Program-made: the position numbers and the translations under genes
Source: Octopus bimaculoides
Lineage: Eukaryota
Reading direction: 5' to 3'
DNA length: 64,000 bases
Assembly (NCBI RefSeq): GCF_001194135.2
Contig: NC_068988.1
Location: 85,393,604 to 85,457,603 of the forward strand
In this document: piece by piece, positions 1 to 12,425 of the stretch
How the letters are laid out: each line of letters starts with the position of its first letter
How positions within the stretch are numbered: the stretch's first letter is position 1
Notes under the pieces: generated by a model
What the model saw: only the letters and a program-made list of their open reading frames with translations
The model's database searches: none
Told to the model about the DNA's origin: nothing

Positions 1-201
1 AGCATGGAAAATGGACATTAAATGATGATGATGATCACATATATATATATATATATCATTCCATAATGGCTACCTCTGAAGAGTGCAGGGTTACATAATC
101 AGACTGTTACCTAACACTCTGTGGAACTTCTGGTTCAAAACCAATTGGTAAGACCGGGTGTAATGGATATATAATACTGCACATTTTGATTAATATATAT
201 G

Positions 202-259
<58 letters not shown>

Positions 260-296
260 TATATATATANNNNNNNNNNTATATATATATATATAT

Positions 297-347
<51 letters not shown>

Positions 348-537
348 CATACATACATGCATACACACAAATATGTATGTATACATATGCATTCCCACAC
401 AACACACACATGAAACTAGGCCTCAAAGAATAAGTACTAGGCTTTCAAAGGATAAATCCTGGGGTCGATTTGTTCAAATAAAAGCAGTGCTTCACCATAG
501 CCACAGTCACATGACTGAAACAAGTAAAAGAATAAAA

Positions 538-583
538 AACTATGCTATTTTGATCCTGAGCAATGCTGGGTATTTCTGCTAGT
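538..583 (+). mobile_element. Helitron-like 3' terminus (GC hairpin + CTAG|T)
   Basis: cctgagcaatgctggg..ctgCTAGt; second copy at 50423-50468. Confidence 0.55.
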
Positions 584-626
584 ATATACTAAAATTAAAT
601 TCAATTCTATCGTTATTTTTGTTTCA

Positions 627-805
627 TTACAAGCTTAAAATCTTGTCACAAGTGAAATATATAAAGGAAAACGATAATATGATAAAATAATGGGAAGTGG
701 AGTGATGTGAAATGGTCCCATTGGGAATTGAACCATTAATGGTAGAGATCATTTCTATCGAGGTCATTGCTCCATCATTATGGCCCCTCAAAAGGTGTAT
801 GTGCA
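627..805 (-). CDS. Candidate terminal coding exon
   Basis: Branch ctaac + ttctgtcgcag| acceptor; phase-1 frame HIHLLRGHNDGAMTSIEMISTINGSIPNGTISHHSTSHYFIILSFSFIYFTCDKILSL* stays open 58 codons. Confidence 0.3.
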
Positions 806-859
806 CTGCGACAGAATTGGTTAGATTGAAATAGCAGTTATCGCGTGCTTAAAGACCGA

Positions 860-1580
860 TGGAAGATGTGTGGATGTGTGTGGTCATGTATGTGGGTATA
901 TGTCTGGACGTGTATGTGTGTGCGTGTGTATGAGCCTCTATGTGTGTGTGTGTGTGTGTGTATGTGTGAGCCTGTGTTTGTAATTATATGGATGTGGATG
1001 TGTGTATGAGTGATAGAGTGTGGATGCATTTGTGTGTAGGTGTATTGTGTATGGATGTGTTGTGTGTGTGTGTGTGTGTTTGTGTGTGAGGACATGTAAT
1101 GCGAATGTGTGTGTATATGTATGTGGGTGCGTATGTGTAGATGTACGTATGGATGCAGTTGATTGTAGATACATGTGTGTGTGCATGTGTGTGTGTGTGT
1201 GTGTTGACACTTATGCAATGTCAACATGTATATGTATGTGGTATGTGTATAGGATGTGCAGATATGTATGTGTGTCGTATGCATAGTGCGAGTACGCATG
1301 TGGGAATATGTGTGGGTATTTATGAGATTGAATGATGCGGATGTATGTGCATGTGTTTATTTGAGAACTGCATGTGAGAATATGTGATGTGTAGTACTGT
1401 GTTGTGTATGTATGTGTACCCTATGTGTGTGCAGTCTGTGAGTCTGTGTGTGTGTGTTTTGCATGAATGTGTATGTTGTAAACACCACGTAGGAATGTGT
1501 GTGAGTGTTGTACTGGTGTGTGTGTGTGTTGTGTTGGTATGTCTGTGTGTGAGTGTATATATATGTAATGTGTGGGTGGA
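860..1580. repeat. Degenerate (GT)/(GTAT) microsatellite tract
   Basis: Direct reading. Confidence 0.9.
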
Positions 1581-1871
1581 AAGTATGGGAGATGTTGCTG
1601 CTGTTATTGTTTAGCCCCTGTTCAACCTTGACTGAACAGCTATGTGATGAAAGGCATTCCAACCATGACTGTCCTGTGATATAGAGTACATAAGGACTAC
1701 GTTACTTAATGTGAAAACCGATCTTATATAAGACGGTAGTAAGTGACTCAAGGAAGATTTGGCAGGAGGGGTGACCATGTAGTAGCTCACTCATTGGTTC
1801 TGACGGAGGTTGAATGTGTGTGTGCGTGTGTGTGTGAACGTGTGTGTGAACGTGTGTGAGAGTGAGTGCGT

Positions 1872-1958
<87 letters not shown>

Positions 1959-2398
1959 CATTATAGATGTCCAACTGAGTTAATGTTTATTTTCAATCCA
2001 AGATGCTTTTACTACAGGTACTACCTTCACCACCACCACCACCACCACTTCTGCTACTATCACAATCACCACCACCACAGCTACTGCTATTGCTGTTCTT
2101 ACTACTATATCTGCTGCAGCAACTGCAGCAGCTGGTATTCATAATACTCTTCCTACAAACATTACCACCACCACTGCCACCACCACCACCACCATCACTA
2201 CACTACTACATCTGGTACTACTATTAATATTGACATCATCACCACTATCACGGCTACTGAACTACATATACTGCTACTAAGATATTCATACATTACATAA
2301 TTTTATTTTTAACATAAACAGAAACACAATCCTGAATACTGAGTGTGTGATAAACAACAGAGAGATGTTATACACGATAGGTAGACAGATAGATAGAC

Positions 2399-2447
<49 letters not shown>

Positions 2448-2568
2448 GATAAATACATATATACATATATACCTAGATGCATTCATACACACACAAAACA
2501 TACATACAAACATACGTATATATAAATACACACATTATATATATTTATACATAGCATGAACATTCGTA

Positions 2569-2633
<65 letters not shown>

Positions 2634-3185
2634 GTATNNNNNNNNNNNNNNNNNNNNNNNNNNNNNNNNNNNNNNNNNNNNNNNNNNNNNNNNNNNNNNN
2701 NNNNNNNNNNNNNNNNNNNNNNNNNNNNNNNNNNNNNNNNNNNNNNNNNNNNNNNNNNNNNNNNNNNNNNNNNNNNNNNNNNNNNNNNNNNNNNNNNNNN
2801 NNNNNNNNNNNNNNNNNNNNNNNNNNNNNNNNNNNNNNNNNNNNNNNNNNNNNNNNNNNNNNNNNNNNNNNNNNNNNNNNNNNNNNNNNNNNNNNNNNNN
2901 NNNNNNNNNNNNNNNNNNNNNNNNNNNNNNNNNNNNNNNNNNNNNNNNNNNNNNNNNNNNNNNNNNNNNNNNNNNNNNNNNNNNNNNNNNNNNNNNNNNN
3001 NNNNNNNNNNNNNNNNNNNNNNNNNNNNNNNNNNNNNNNNNNNNNNNNNNNNNNNNNNNNNNNNNNNNNNNNNNNNNNNNNNNNNNNNNNNNNNNNNNNN
3101 NNNNNNNNNNNNNNNNNNNNNNNNNNNNNNNNNNNNNNNNNNNNNNNNNNNNNNNNNNNNNNNNATATCTATATATCTATATATC

Positions 3186-3218
<33 letters not shown>

Positions 3219-4055
3219 GTGTGTATATATATGAATTTATGTATGTATACATACATATATATATATAAATTTATGTATATACGTATGTGTGTTTGTGTTT
3301 GTTTATATACAAGGATATGCAGATATATGCATGTATGAACCTATATGTAAATATATAGGTATGTATATGTACCTATACATATATAGAGAAACACACACAC
3401 ACATATGCTATAGATACAATAGAGAATTAAAAAACTGAAAGAAAATCAGATGTAGTGTGTAAAAGAGAAGACTGCAAAGGTATGTGCATGTGCTGTGCAT
3501 AGAGGATAGCAGTTGTGCTTCCCCATGAGTGACTGGTAAGTGGTACAATTTCTTTAGTGTTGGCACTCCAAAAATACATCCAGTGTACACAGTAAAGTGA
3601 CTGGCAGATATTCAGAGAATGCAGAGAGTTTAGTTTTATTCAACCTCTCTAGATTTGGTGCATTATAAAATACATGCAATACATTCTGTAAAGTAGTTGG
3701 TGGTAGCAAAGACATCTGGCCAAAGAAATTAAACCAAATGAATTGTACAAGCACTAGTCTATGGAAGCAGTAGCGTCTCCCAAAAGGAAATGACTTGGAG
3801 CGCAAGTGAACATAAAATGATGATAATGATGGACTGATCAATCGGTCAGTTGGTCTGTCTGTCCATATATATATATATACATATATAAAAAAGATATAAA
3901 TATTTATAAATGTACATATATATATATGCACATATATATATATATATATATGTACATACATACATATATNNNNNNNNNNNNNNNNNNNNNNNNNTATATA
4001 TAAGGTTGAGGAGGGTATTGGATTTAACCAAACCCAGGAGGATACAGGTAATATT

Positions 4056-4101
<46 letters not shown>

Positions 4102-4709
4102 TACACACACACACACACATGTACTGTATATTATCATTATCTAATGCCCATCTACCTTGCTGACATGTGTTGGAGTGTGCAACGGTAGCTGAACCTATAT
4201 GTCTTCGATATAATTTTTTAAAAATACATGTTTATTAAGAGCTTCTGGTAATACATGAGCAATGATATACAGTAACCTATTTTATACTGGCCTTGACCAG
4301 AACAAAATTTTCCTGACTGGACTACAATTTATGTACATGCTCAAACACAAGTAACATGTCTTCTGGATTTCTACTTAGCAAACACTGTACATTTGAATAG
4401 AAGTTGTAGAGACAACTTCTATTTATGTGTATATTTCATTGTTTTGTTTTCAGTTAATAATATTCTTCATTTATTCATCATTGTTTATTGATATTGGTTT
4501 CAAATTTTAGCAGAAGGCCAGCAGTTTTGCGGGTGTTACAAGTTGGGGGTGTTACAACCCCAGTACTCAACTGATACTTATTCTATCGACCCCCAAAGGG
4601 ATGAGGGGCAAAGTCCACCTTGGTGGAATCTGAATTCAGAATGTGAAGACAGACGAAATACCACTAAGCATTTTGCCTGGCACTGTTCTGTTAACCGACT
4701 TTGTTTCCT

Positions 4710-5345
4710 CATAACTTCTAGAAAAATGGATATTTCTTAAAGAAATTTTCTACAAATATGCTCTTGATGGTGTAGAATTTGATTATTTTGGAATTTAAAA
4801 AAAATATTTTCCATGGATGAAGAGAAGACTTTTGGAAAATTCACATGTGTCAGATTTGTTTCTTTATAACTTTCAGAAAAATGGATGTTTTTTTAATAAA
4901 ATTTTCGACCAATACCTTTCAGAGTGTATAGATTACGATTATTTTGGAATTTGAAATGAAAAATAATCGGTGGGCTCACACACAGACATACTGACACACA
5001 TCACATATATCTAGAACATGAAACTTCAAATTCCAAAAAAAAATTGTGATATGCATCAGTATGTATGTGTGCATGCCTACCGTTTTTCTTTTCACATCTA
5101 ATTCCAATATAGTTGTAATTTACACACTCTGAAAGGTATTTGTTGAAAATTTCATTTAAAAATACCTCCATTTTTCCAAAAGATATGAAGAAACAAAACC
5201 AACTCATGCAAATTTTCTGAAATTCCTCCCTCCCCAAGAAAACTTTTTTCACAGCAGATTTCAATATAATCAGAATCTACACCATCTGAAGCACATTTGT
5301 AAAAACTTTCATTAAAAAATATCCATTTTTCTGAATGATGTGCAG
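4710..5345. mobile_element. Foldback/MITE-like element of four ~95-bp modules, two forward then two reverse
   Basis: Each module starts ttgtttc..aaaaatgga and contains caaat..(t/c)..ga.(g/t)g(t/g)gta.a.t...attat..tggaat; starts ~4702 and 4857 (+), ~5195 and 5350 (-). Confidence 0.65.
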
Positions 5346-6759
5346 AAACAAATTTGGAGGGGACCACACTTGTGCAGGTATGCCTATTACTTTAACAATG
5401 GTAAATATACATTCATTATTTTTCTTTTCAGCATAATACTAAGATTACATTGCCATGAAATATCTACATATCTTGTTTCACTTCACTTTCATTTTGTATG
5501 TAACAATATTTGATTATATAATTGCATGTTATATATAAACAAACACTACACTTCTTTCATTAGGTTTGCATCAAAAGGCTGACAATAATGTGAATGAGAT
5601 GGTCTCAATTTATCACTCGCATAAATGTATGTATGTATGCATATATATGTGTGTGTGTATATTCACATGCTGACATATAAATGATGGCTGTCCATTTTTA
5701 TCTGTAGCATACCATCACTGACTGTTAAATGGAATGTATTTTGTTATACTGATGGGCACATGGACAACTTTGACATTTGTAAGGTCTGCCAAAATGCATG
5801 TTAGAGCCTAGCAGGTTTAACAAGCCACTGTTGAAAGCATGATTCTTTTAATAGTCAATGATGCTATTCCTCAGGCACAATTGGACAGCAATCAATAGGT
5901 CTGCAAGCCTTGATACATACATGTGCTGCATGTTACGCAATCATTTGCCATGTACAGACTGTAATCAACTTTTTCTCTGAAATGATGACGTCATTAGTGG
6001 CTAAGTGAACACAACAAGGAAAAATGACAATAACAATGATGACAACATTGAGGATGATGATTATGATGATGATGATTATGATGATGATGAGGATGATGGT
6101 AAATTAAGGAAAGCAAGATAGATTAATAGTGAATTGAAAAAAATCGCTTGGGGACAGAACAAATTATCCTCTCTTTATGAACTTCGAGTTCATCTTTTGT
6201 TGAGATCAACTCTTTCTATCAATCCTTTAGGGATCAATGAAAGAAGAGAAACAGCTTAGGTCTGTGGATTGGCAGAATTGTTAGGACATCAAATGAGATG
6301 CTTTATGATATTTGTTCTAACTTTTAACATTCTGAGTTCCTCAATGATAGACTTAATCTGTTGCTTGGTATAACATCACCATCTGGTTCTAGGTGTCTAC
6401 ACTATTGTAAACATTTCAGACCAGGTCTCTGGTTTGAGGATAATTTTATCCCTTCCTCTCACTAGTATTGGAAACTTTGAAAAAATAGTAATGCTACTTT
6501 TTCCAAACTCACTAATTGGTAAAAGAAAAAATAATGAAAGACAGATTGGCAAGACACATAGCTAAACAGATATTGAGGCACATCGATAGTTAACTATATT
6601 TTATCATTATCATTGTTTGACATTGATGTTCCATGCTGGCATGGGTTGGATGGCTTGACAGAATCTGATGGATCCAAGGATTGCATTGTGCTCCAGTGTC
6701 TGCTTTGGCATGGTTTGCTTGTTAGTCACCTTGTATGCATACATGTATGCATGTATGAA

Positions 6760-6807
<48 letters not shown>

Positions 6808-7229
6808 CAGTAGACATGGCTGTGTTGTTAATAAATTCACTTTGCAGCCACATGCTTTTTGTTTCAGTCTCTCTATATGGCACCTTCGATGTCTCATGCA
6901 ATAGTTCCAGGCCAAGCAATGCCATATAACAGAATTTGTTTGATGAAAATTATAGAAAGAGGTGTGTGTGTGTCCCCAATATCACTTGAAAACTGGTGCT
7001 GGTGTGTTTACGTCCCCATAACCTAGCAGTTAAGAAACCAATAAAATAAGTATTAGGCTTACAAAGAATAAGTCCTGGGGTTGATTTGTTTGACCAAAGG
7101 CGGTGCTCCAGCATGGCCAGAATCAAATGACTGAAACAAATAAAAGAATAAAAGAATGCAAAATATCTGCCCTTGTCAGGTGATTCTAAACAAATAACCA
7201 CACAGGGCATTTAAAGAACTTGAGCTAAC

Positions 7230-7304
7230 CTGCATGCCAAGCGTTTAGCAACGCAAGTGAATTTTCTAAAAGAACCTTGAATTTGAAAGGATGTCTGTGA
7301 CACT
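7230..7304 (-). CDS. Candidate 75-nt symmetric internal exon
   Basis: Acceptor ttttctaacctctacccttag|, donor GCAG|gttagc; two frames open (CHRHPFKFKVLLENSLALLNAWHA or VSQTSFQIQGSFRKFTCVAKRLAC). Confidence 0.22.
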
Positions 7305-7592
7305 CTAAGGGTAGAGGTTAGAAAATATGAAATTGCATAGATTATTATCATGGTTATTAATGTGTTATAGTGTAGACAACAGATGAAATGAATCAGAGCA
7401 GGTAAAAGGAACTGAAATAAACAATGCAGTTATTGATAAGAATAGTTGAAATTAATGTATGTGAGATTTCACAGCTCTAGCATCACACCCTCATAGCCAG
7501 CCTATGAACTTTTAAGCCTACCCTCGTATACATATACATACATACATACATATATATATGTATATATACAAACATGTATGTGCATAGATATG

Positions 7593-7978
7593 TTTGTTGT
7601 TGGCACTCTGTCGCTTACGTCGTTGAGGGTTCCAGTTGATCCTATCAACGGAACAGCCTGCTCGTGAAATTAACGTGCAAGTGGCTGAGCACTCCACAGA
7701 CACATGTACCCTTAACGTAGTTCTCGGGGAAATTCAGCGTGACACAGTGTGACAAGGCTGGCCCTTTGAAATACAGGTGCAACAGAAACAGGAAGAAAGA
7801 GTGAGAGAAAGTTGTGGTGAAAGAGTACAGTAGGGTTCGCCACCATCCCCTGCCAGAGCCTTGTGGAGCATTAGGTGTTTTCACTCAATAAATACTCACA
7901 ACGCCCAATCTGGGAATCGAAACCGCGATCTGACGACCGCGAGTCCACTGCCCTAACCACTGGGCCATTGCGCCTCCA
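7593..7978 (-). mobile_element. tRNA-derived SINE family C with 10-bp TSD
   Basis: Head tggaggcgcaatggcccagtgg..ggtttcgattccc; (CAA)n tail; TSD catagatatg at 7583-7592 and 7979-7988. Confidence 0.92.
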
Positions 7979-8357
7979 CATAGATATGCATACATACGCT
8001 TAAATGCATATATACATATATAAAGATAATCTTGACTCCAACTTAATGTGGAGCTTGTGTTTGAACACAGAATATTGCATTGTTTACCTTGAGAAGATCT
8101 CTAATAAAAGCTTACAGTGCATAAAAGCATAAACGATTACATAGATGAATGATGAGAATCATCTGCTATAATTGCAGGATCACCTGATTTCACCCTGCTA
8201 TGTGTTCCTCAGTGACCGATGTCCAGCAGCACAATGACCGGCAAATCTCTTGTCAGTGATATATATGTAGAAACCCAGTGTCTATTCAGGCACTGGTGTT
8301 ACAAAATGGCCAGTGGGAAAAATGAAAAATAATTAATAGCAACAGAAACCTATATAT

Positions 8358-9692
8358 ATAAGTTGATCATGGCTTGATATGTCACAATCTGCGAAACCTT
8401 GGCATAACTGGTAAATTAGGAGAATGGCTGCATGACTTCCTGAATGGTAGAAGTCAGACAAGTTGCAGCCAATGGAGAACTATCTAGGGAAACACAAATA
8501 TTGAGCGGTGTTCCGCAAGGAACTGTCCTGGGGCCACTACTGTTCATAGTGGCCCTTCTGGACATGCCCACGGTCACTCGGAGAGCCACTGTCACTAGCT
8601 ACGCTGATGACACAAAACTATCTCCGGCAATAAAGAATCCTGATGATATTGTAAGCCTACAGAATGACCAAAATGCAATATATGAGTGGGCAGAGCAAAA
8701 CAANNNNNNNNNNNNNNNNNNNNNNNNNNNNNNNNNNNNNNNNNNNNNNNNNNNNNNNNNNNNNNNNNNNNNNNNNNNNNNNNNNNNNNNNNNNNNNNNN
8801 NNNNNNNNNNNNNNNNNNNNNNNNNNNNNNNNNNNNNNNNNNNNNNNNNNNNNNNNNNNNNNNNNNNNNNNNNNNNNNNNNNNNNNNNNNNNNNNNNNNN
8901 NNNNNNNNNNNNNNNNNNNNNNNNNNNNNNNNNNNNNNNNNNNNNNNNNNNNNNNNNNNNNNNNNNNNNNNNNNNNNNNNNNNNNNNNNNNNNNNNNNNN
9001 NNNNNNNNNNNNNNNNNNNNNNNNNNNNNNNNNNNNNNNNNNNNNNNNNNNNNNNNNNNNNNNNNNNNNNNNNNNNNNNNNNNNNNNNNNNNNNNNNNNN
9101 NNNNNNNNNNNNNNNNNNNNNNNNNNNNNNNNNNNNNNNNNNNNNNNNNNNNNNNNNNNNNNNNNNNNNNNNNNNNNNNNNNNNNNNNNNNNNNNNNNNN
9201 NNNNNNNNNNNNNNNNNNNNNNNNNNNNNNNNNNNNNNNNNNNNNNNNNNNNNNNNNNNNNNNNNNNNNNNNNNNNNNNNNNNNNNNNNNNNNNNNNNNN
9301 NNNNNNNNNNNNNNNNNNNNNNNNNNNNNNNNNNNNNNNNNNNNNNNNNNNNNNNNNNNNNNNNNNNNNNNNNNNNNNNNNNNNNNNNNNNNNNNNNNNN
9401 GAGAGACCTGCAAGACATGGATGTGGAGGTCTTCAAGACAAAACTCGACGCTTTCCTCTCCAGGATACCAGACAAACCAATGGCTCGAAATGAGACACAG
9501 TTTAGGGCAGCGATGTCAAATTCTCTTATACACCAGATGTGCCATCAAAACTCTTGATTGGATTATATCAGGTGCAGGAGAAGAGCATGCAAGGAACGTG
9601 AAGAGAGCAAAGCATAAAGACAGAAAATCACGGTGGTGCTCCAGCATGACCACAGCCACTTGGCTGAAACCCATAAATAAATAAATAAATAA

Positions 9693-9700
<8 letters not shown>
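8358..9700 (+). mobile_element. 5'-truncated CR1-type LINE (RT domains and 3' end), N gap in middle
   Basis: KVDHGLICHNLRNLGITGKLGEWLHDFL, SGVPQGTVLGPLLF, SYADDTKL; C-terminus FKTKLDAFLSRIPDKP..RAAMSNSLIHQ; 3' stem-loop and (TAAA)n tail. Confidence 0.9.
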
Positions 9701-9729
<29 letters not shown>

Positions 9730-9961
9730 TGTACGTGTTTCAATCATTTGACTGCAGCCATGCTAGAGCACTGCTTTGAAGGGTTTTAGTCAAACAAATT
9801 GATCTCAGGACTTATTTTTCAAACCTAGTACTTATTCTATCAGTCTCTTTTGTTGAATCGCTAAGTTATGGGGACATAAACACACCAGTTGACAGTGTGG
9901 TGATGTGGGGTACTAACATAGACATAGACACACACACAAAGATACATACATACATACATAT

Positions 9962-10003
<42 letters not shown>

Positions 10004-10231
10004 TACTCAAAGGAATTCCAATTATATCTGTTTTTCACATTTTATTTATAATCTTCTAATATTAATATAAGATATAAAATAATATAGTGAAATGAAATGA
10101 AATATTTCTTTTTACTATATTATTTTATATCTTATTAGAAGATCATAAATAAAATGTGAAAAACAGACAGAGTTGGGATTCCTTTGAGTAATATATTCTT
10201 CTATACACAATCATACAAACCCCTTTGTGTG

Positions 10232-10262
<31 letters not shown>

Positions 10263-10445
10263 GTATATATATATTTATATACGATGGACTTCTTTTGGTT
10301 TCTATCTACCAAATCTACTCACAAGGCCTTGGTTGAACCGAGGCTATAGTAGAAGACATTTGTCCAAGGTACCGTGCAGTGGGACTGAACCCAGAACCAT
10401 ATGGTTGGGAAGCAAGCTTCTTACCACAAAGCCACATATATATAT

Positions 10446-10479
<34 letters not shown>

Positions 10480-10579
10480 TGCCTTAAACAAAAATGAGAA
10501 CAAATTTAGAGTGGTTCATAGACATTTGACATCTACTTCTCGTGTATTGGTGTTGTCCCTCCAGTGCCCTGTTTATTCT

Positions 10580-10900
10580 GTGGATTAACAAGAAGATAAT
10601 TAATAGAATTTCTGAACGACTCTTGAAATGCCTACATGCATATAAATGTACTTTTGTACAATGCAGTGAGAATGCATTTTGAGTAACTGTTAATTTAATT
10701 TACTTTAATGTATGGATGACCTAAGTTTACTTTTAACCTCCCCATTCGTATAAACACCAAGTTGATAAATAACTCGCTTTGTGATCATGAGTGCACCAAA
10801 CCTCATATGGTGCGTATGCTCACATTTTTGCGGATGCTTGTATAAGCAAGTGTACTCCTGTCATGCAGCTTGCCCAAGGGTGTTTATACATCCATACCTG
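10580..10900 (-). mobile_element. Possible very old Penelope RT C-terminal remnant
   Basis: Minus frames include GVYTNG..GHPYIK..NSYSKCILTALYKSTFICM*AFQESFRNSINYLL, loosely resembling the VY.K/HP/ICS..F..E..L pattern. Confidence 0.3.
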
Positions 10901-11231
10901 TTAACTATTTTTTTAAATACTTTTCTTGCTGGATTGCATGTTCATTTCTCTTTTTGTCATCTCTGATTTTATTTTTGATCTTCTTTTTAAATGAAGATAT
11001 TTCCTCTGTCTGACTGCTTTTCTCTCTATAAAACAGAAAGTTACATTGTGGAGCAGTCATTTTAACGAGTTGTATCTATTTATCACCCACCGAGATACAT
11101 CTGCATCATCGGATGCTCCTGTACCAACTGTTCAGCATCCCACCCAAGCGGAATCGATGCTACGTGTGTCAAAACAATTGTCGTAATTAATACTAAATTC
11201 TCATATATTCCATCTTTTGTCTTTCATTTGT

Positions 11232-11280
<49 letters not shown>

Positions 11281-11284
<4 letters not shown>

Positions 11285-11743
11285 CATTTAATAAATGGAG
11301 TTATACGCATGTGTTAAATGATTTCTTTTATTTCCGACATATGTTTCAAAGATTACAATTGGTTTATTCCAAAGGAATGAGTGATGNNNNNNNNNNNNNN
11401 NNNNNNNNNNNNNNNNNNNNNNNNNNNNNNNNNNNNNNNNNNNNNNNNNNNNNNNNNNNNNNNNNNNNNNNNNNNNNATCAACATCACTCATTCCTTTGG
11501 AATGAACCAATTGTAATCTTTGAAACATATGTCGGAAATAAAAGAAATCATTTAACACATGCGTAAAACTCCATTTATTAAATTTTATATTTATTCAAAA
11601 TACCTCAAATTAACAGGGAGTTTCTACCTCATAAACAAGAGTCACACCAAAGTTATTTTGTGAACTTTGCTACCCTGGTATCTATTAACCAATTTATTTT
11701 GTCAGAGTTAATTGTTGACTAAGAGAAAATAAATACATATAAT

Positions 11744-11750
<7 letters not shown>
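11281..11750. mobile_element. Palindromic (TA)n-flanked element with ~105-bp arms around an N gap, plus tail
   Basis: 11281-11386 is the near-perfect reverse complement of 11478-11590. Tail ctttgctaccctggtatctattaaccaatttatt recurs at 25415-25500. Confidence 0.7.
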
Positions 11751-11790
<40 letters not shown>

Positions 11791-12386
11791 AGGTGATGCC
11801 CCAGCATGACCGCAGTCTAATGACTAAAACAAATAAAAGAATATATATATATATATATAGATATCTCTATATATGTCCATATATATACACATATATACAT
11901 ATAGATATATACATAGACACACACAAATGCATGACTGCATGGTCAAGAAGGTTCCCATTCATGTGGTTTTGGACTCACTCCTACTACATAGCACTTGGGA
12001 CATCTACTATGGCCCTTAGACAACTAAAGCATTGTGAGTGGATTTGGTAGACAGAGACTGAAAGAAGCCCAAAATGTGTGTGTGTGTGTGTGTGTGTGTG
12101 TGCTTGCTTGTATCCTTGTCATGACATCACGTGATGACTGTAAATGAGCACCAATGTTATATATTATATAACTTATGTCATACATTGCCAGTCGTCCGTG
12201 GAAAACATATCTGGACATGGGGAAATATTACCTTGCATAGAGACAAGCAAGGATCATTGATAGTAATGGCATCGATTAGAACTGCCTCAACATATTCTCT
12301 CTGACCCATGCAAGCATAGAAAAGTGGTTCTTTAAAAATGATGAAGATGATGCTTTTACAAACACATATATACATATTTATATACA

Positions 12387-12425
<39 letters not shown>

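Noticed and set aside
5820-5900. ATVESM..-like resemblance to a hAT dimerisation motif
   Set aside because: Too short and requires frameshifts.
7900-7978. tRNA-like sequences here and at other SINE heads
   Set aside because: They continue into SINE bodies with tails and TSDs, so they are not tRNA genes.
11140-11195. agcatc/gatgct hairpin followed by aaaacaattgtc
   Set aside because: No catalytic core or nearby stem I partner found.
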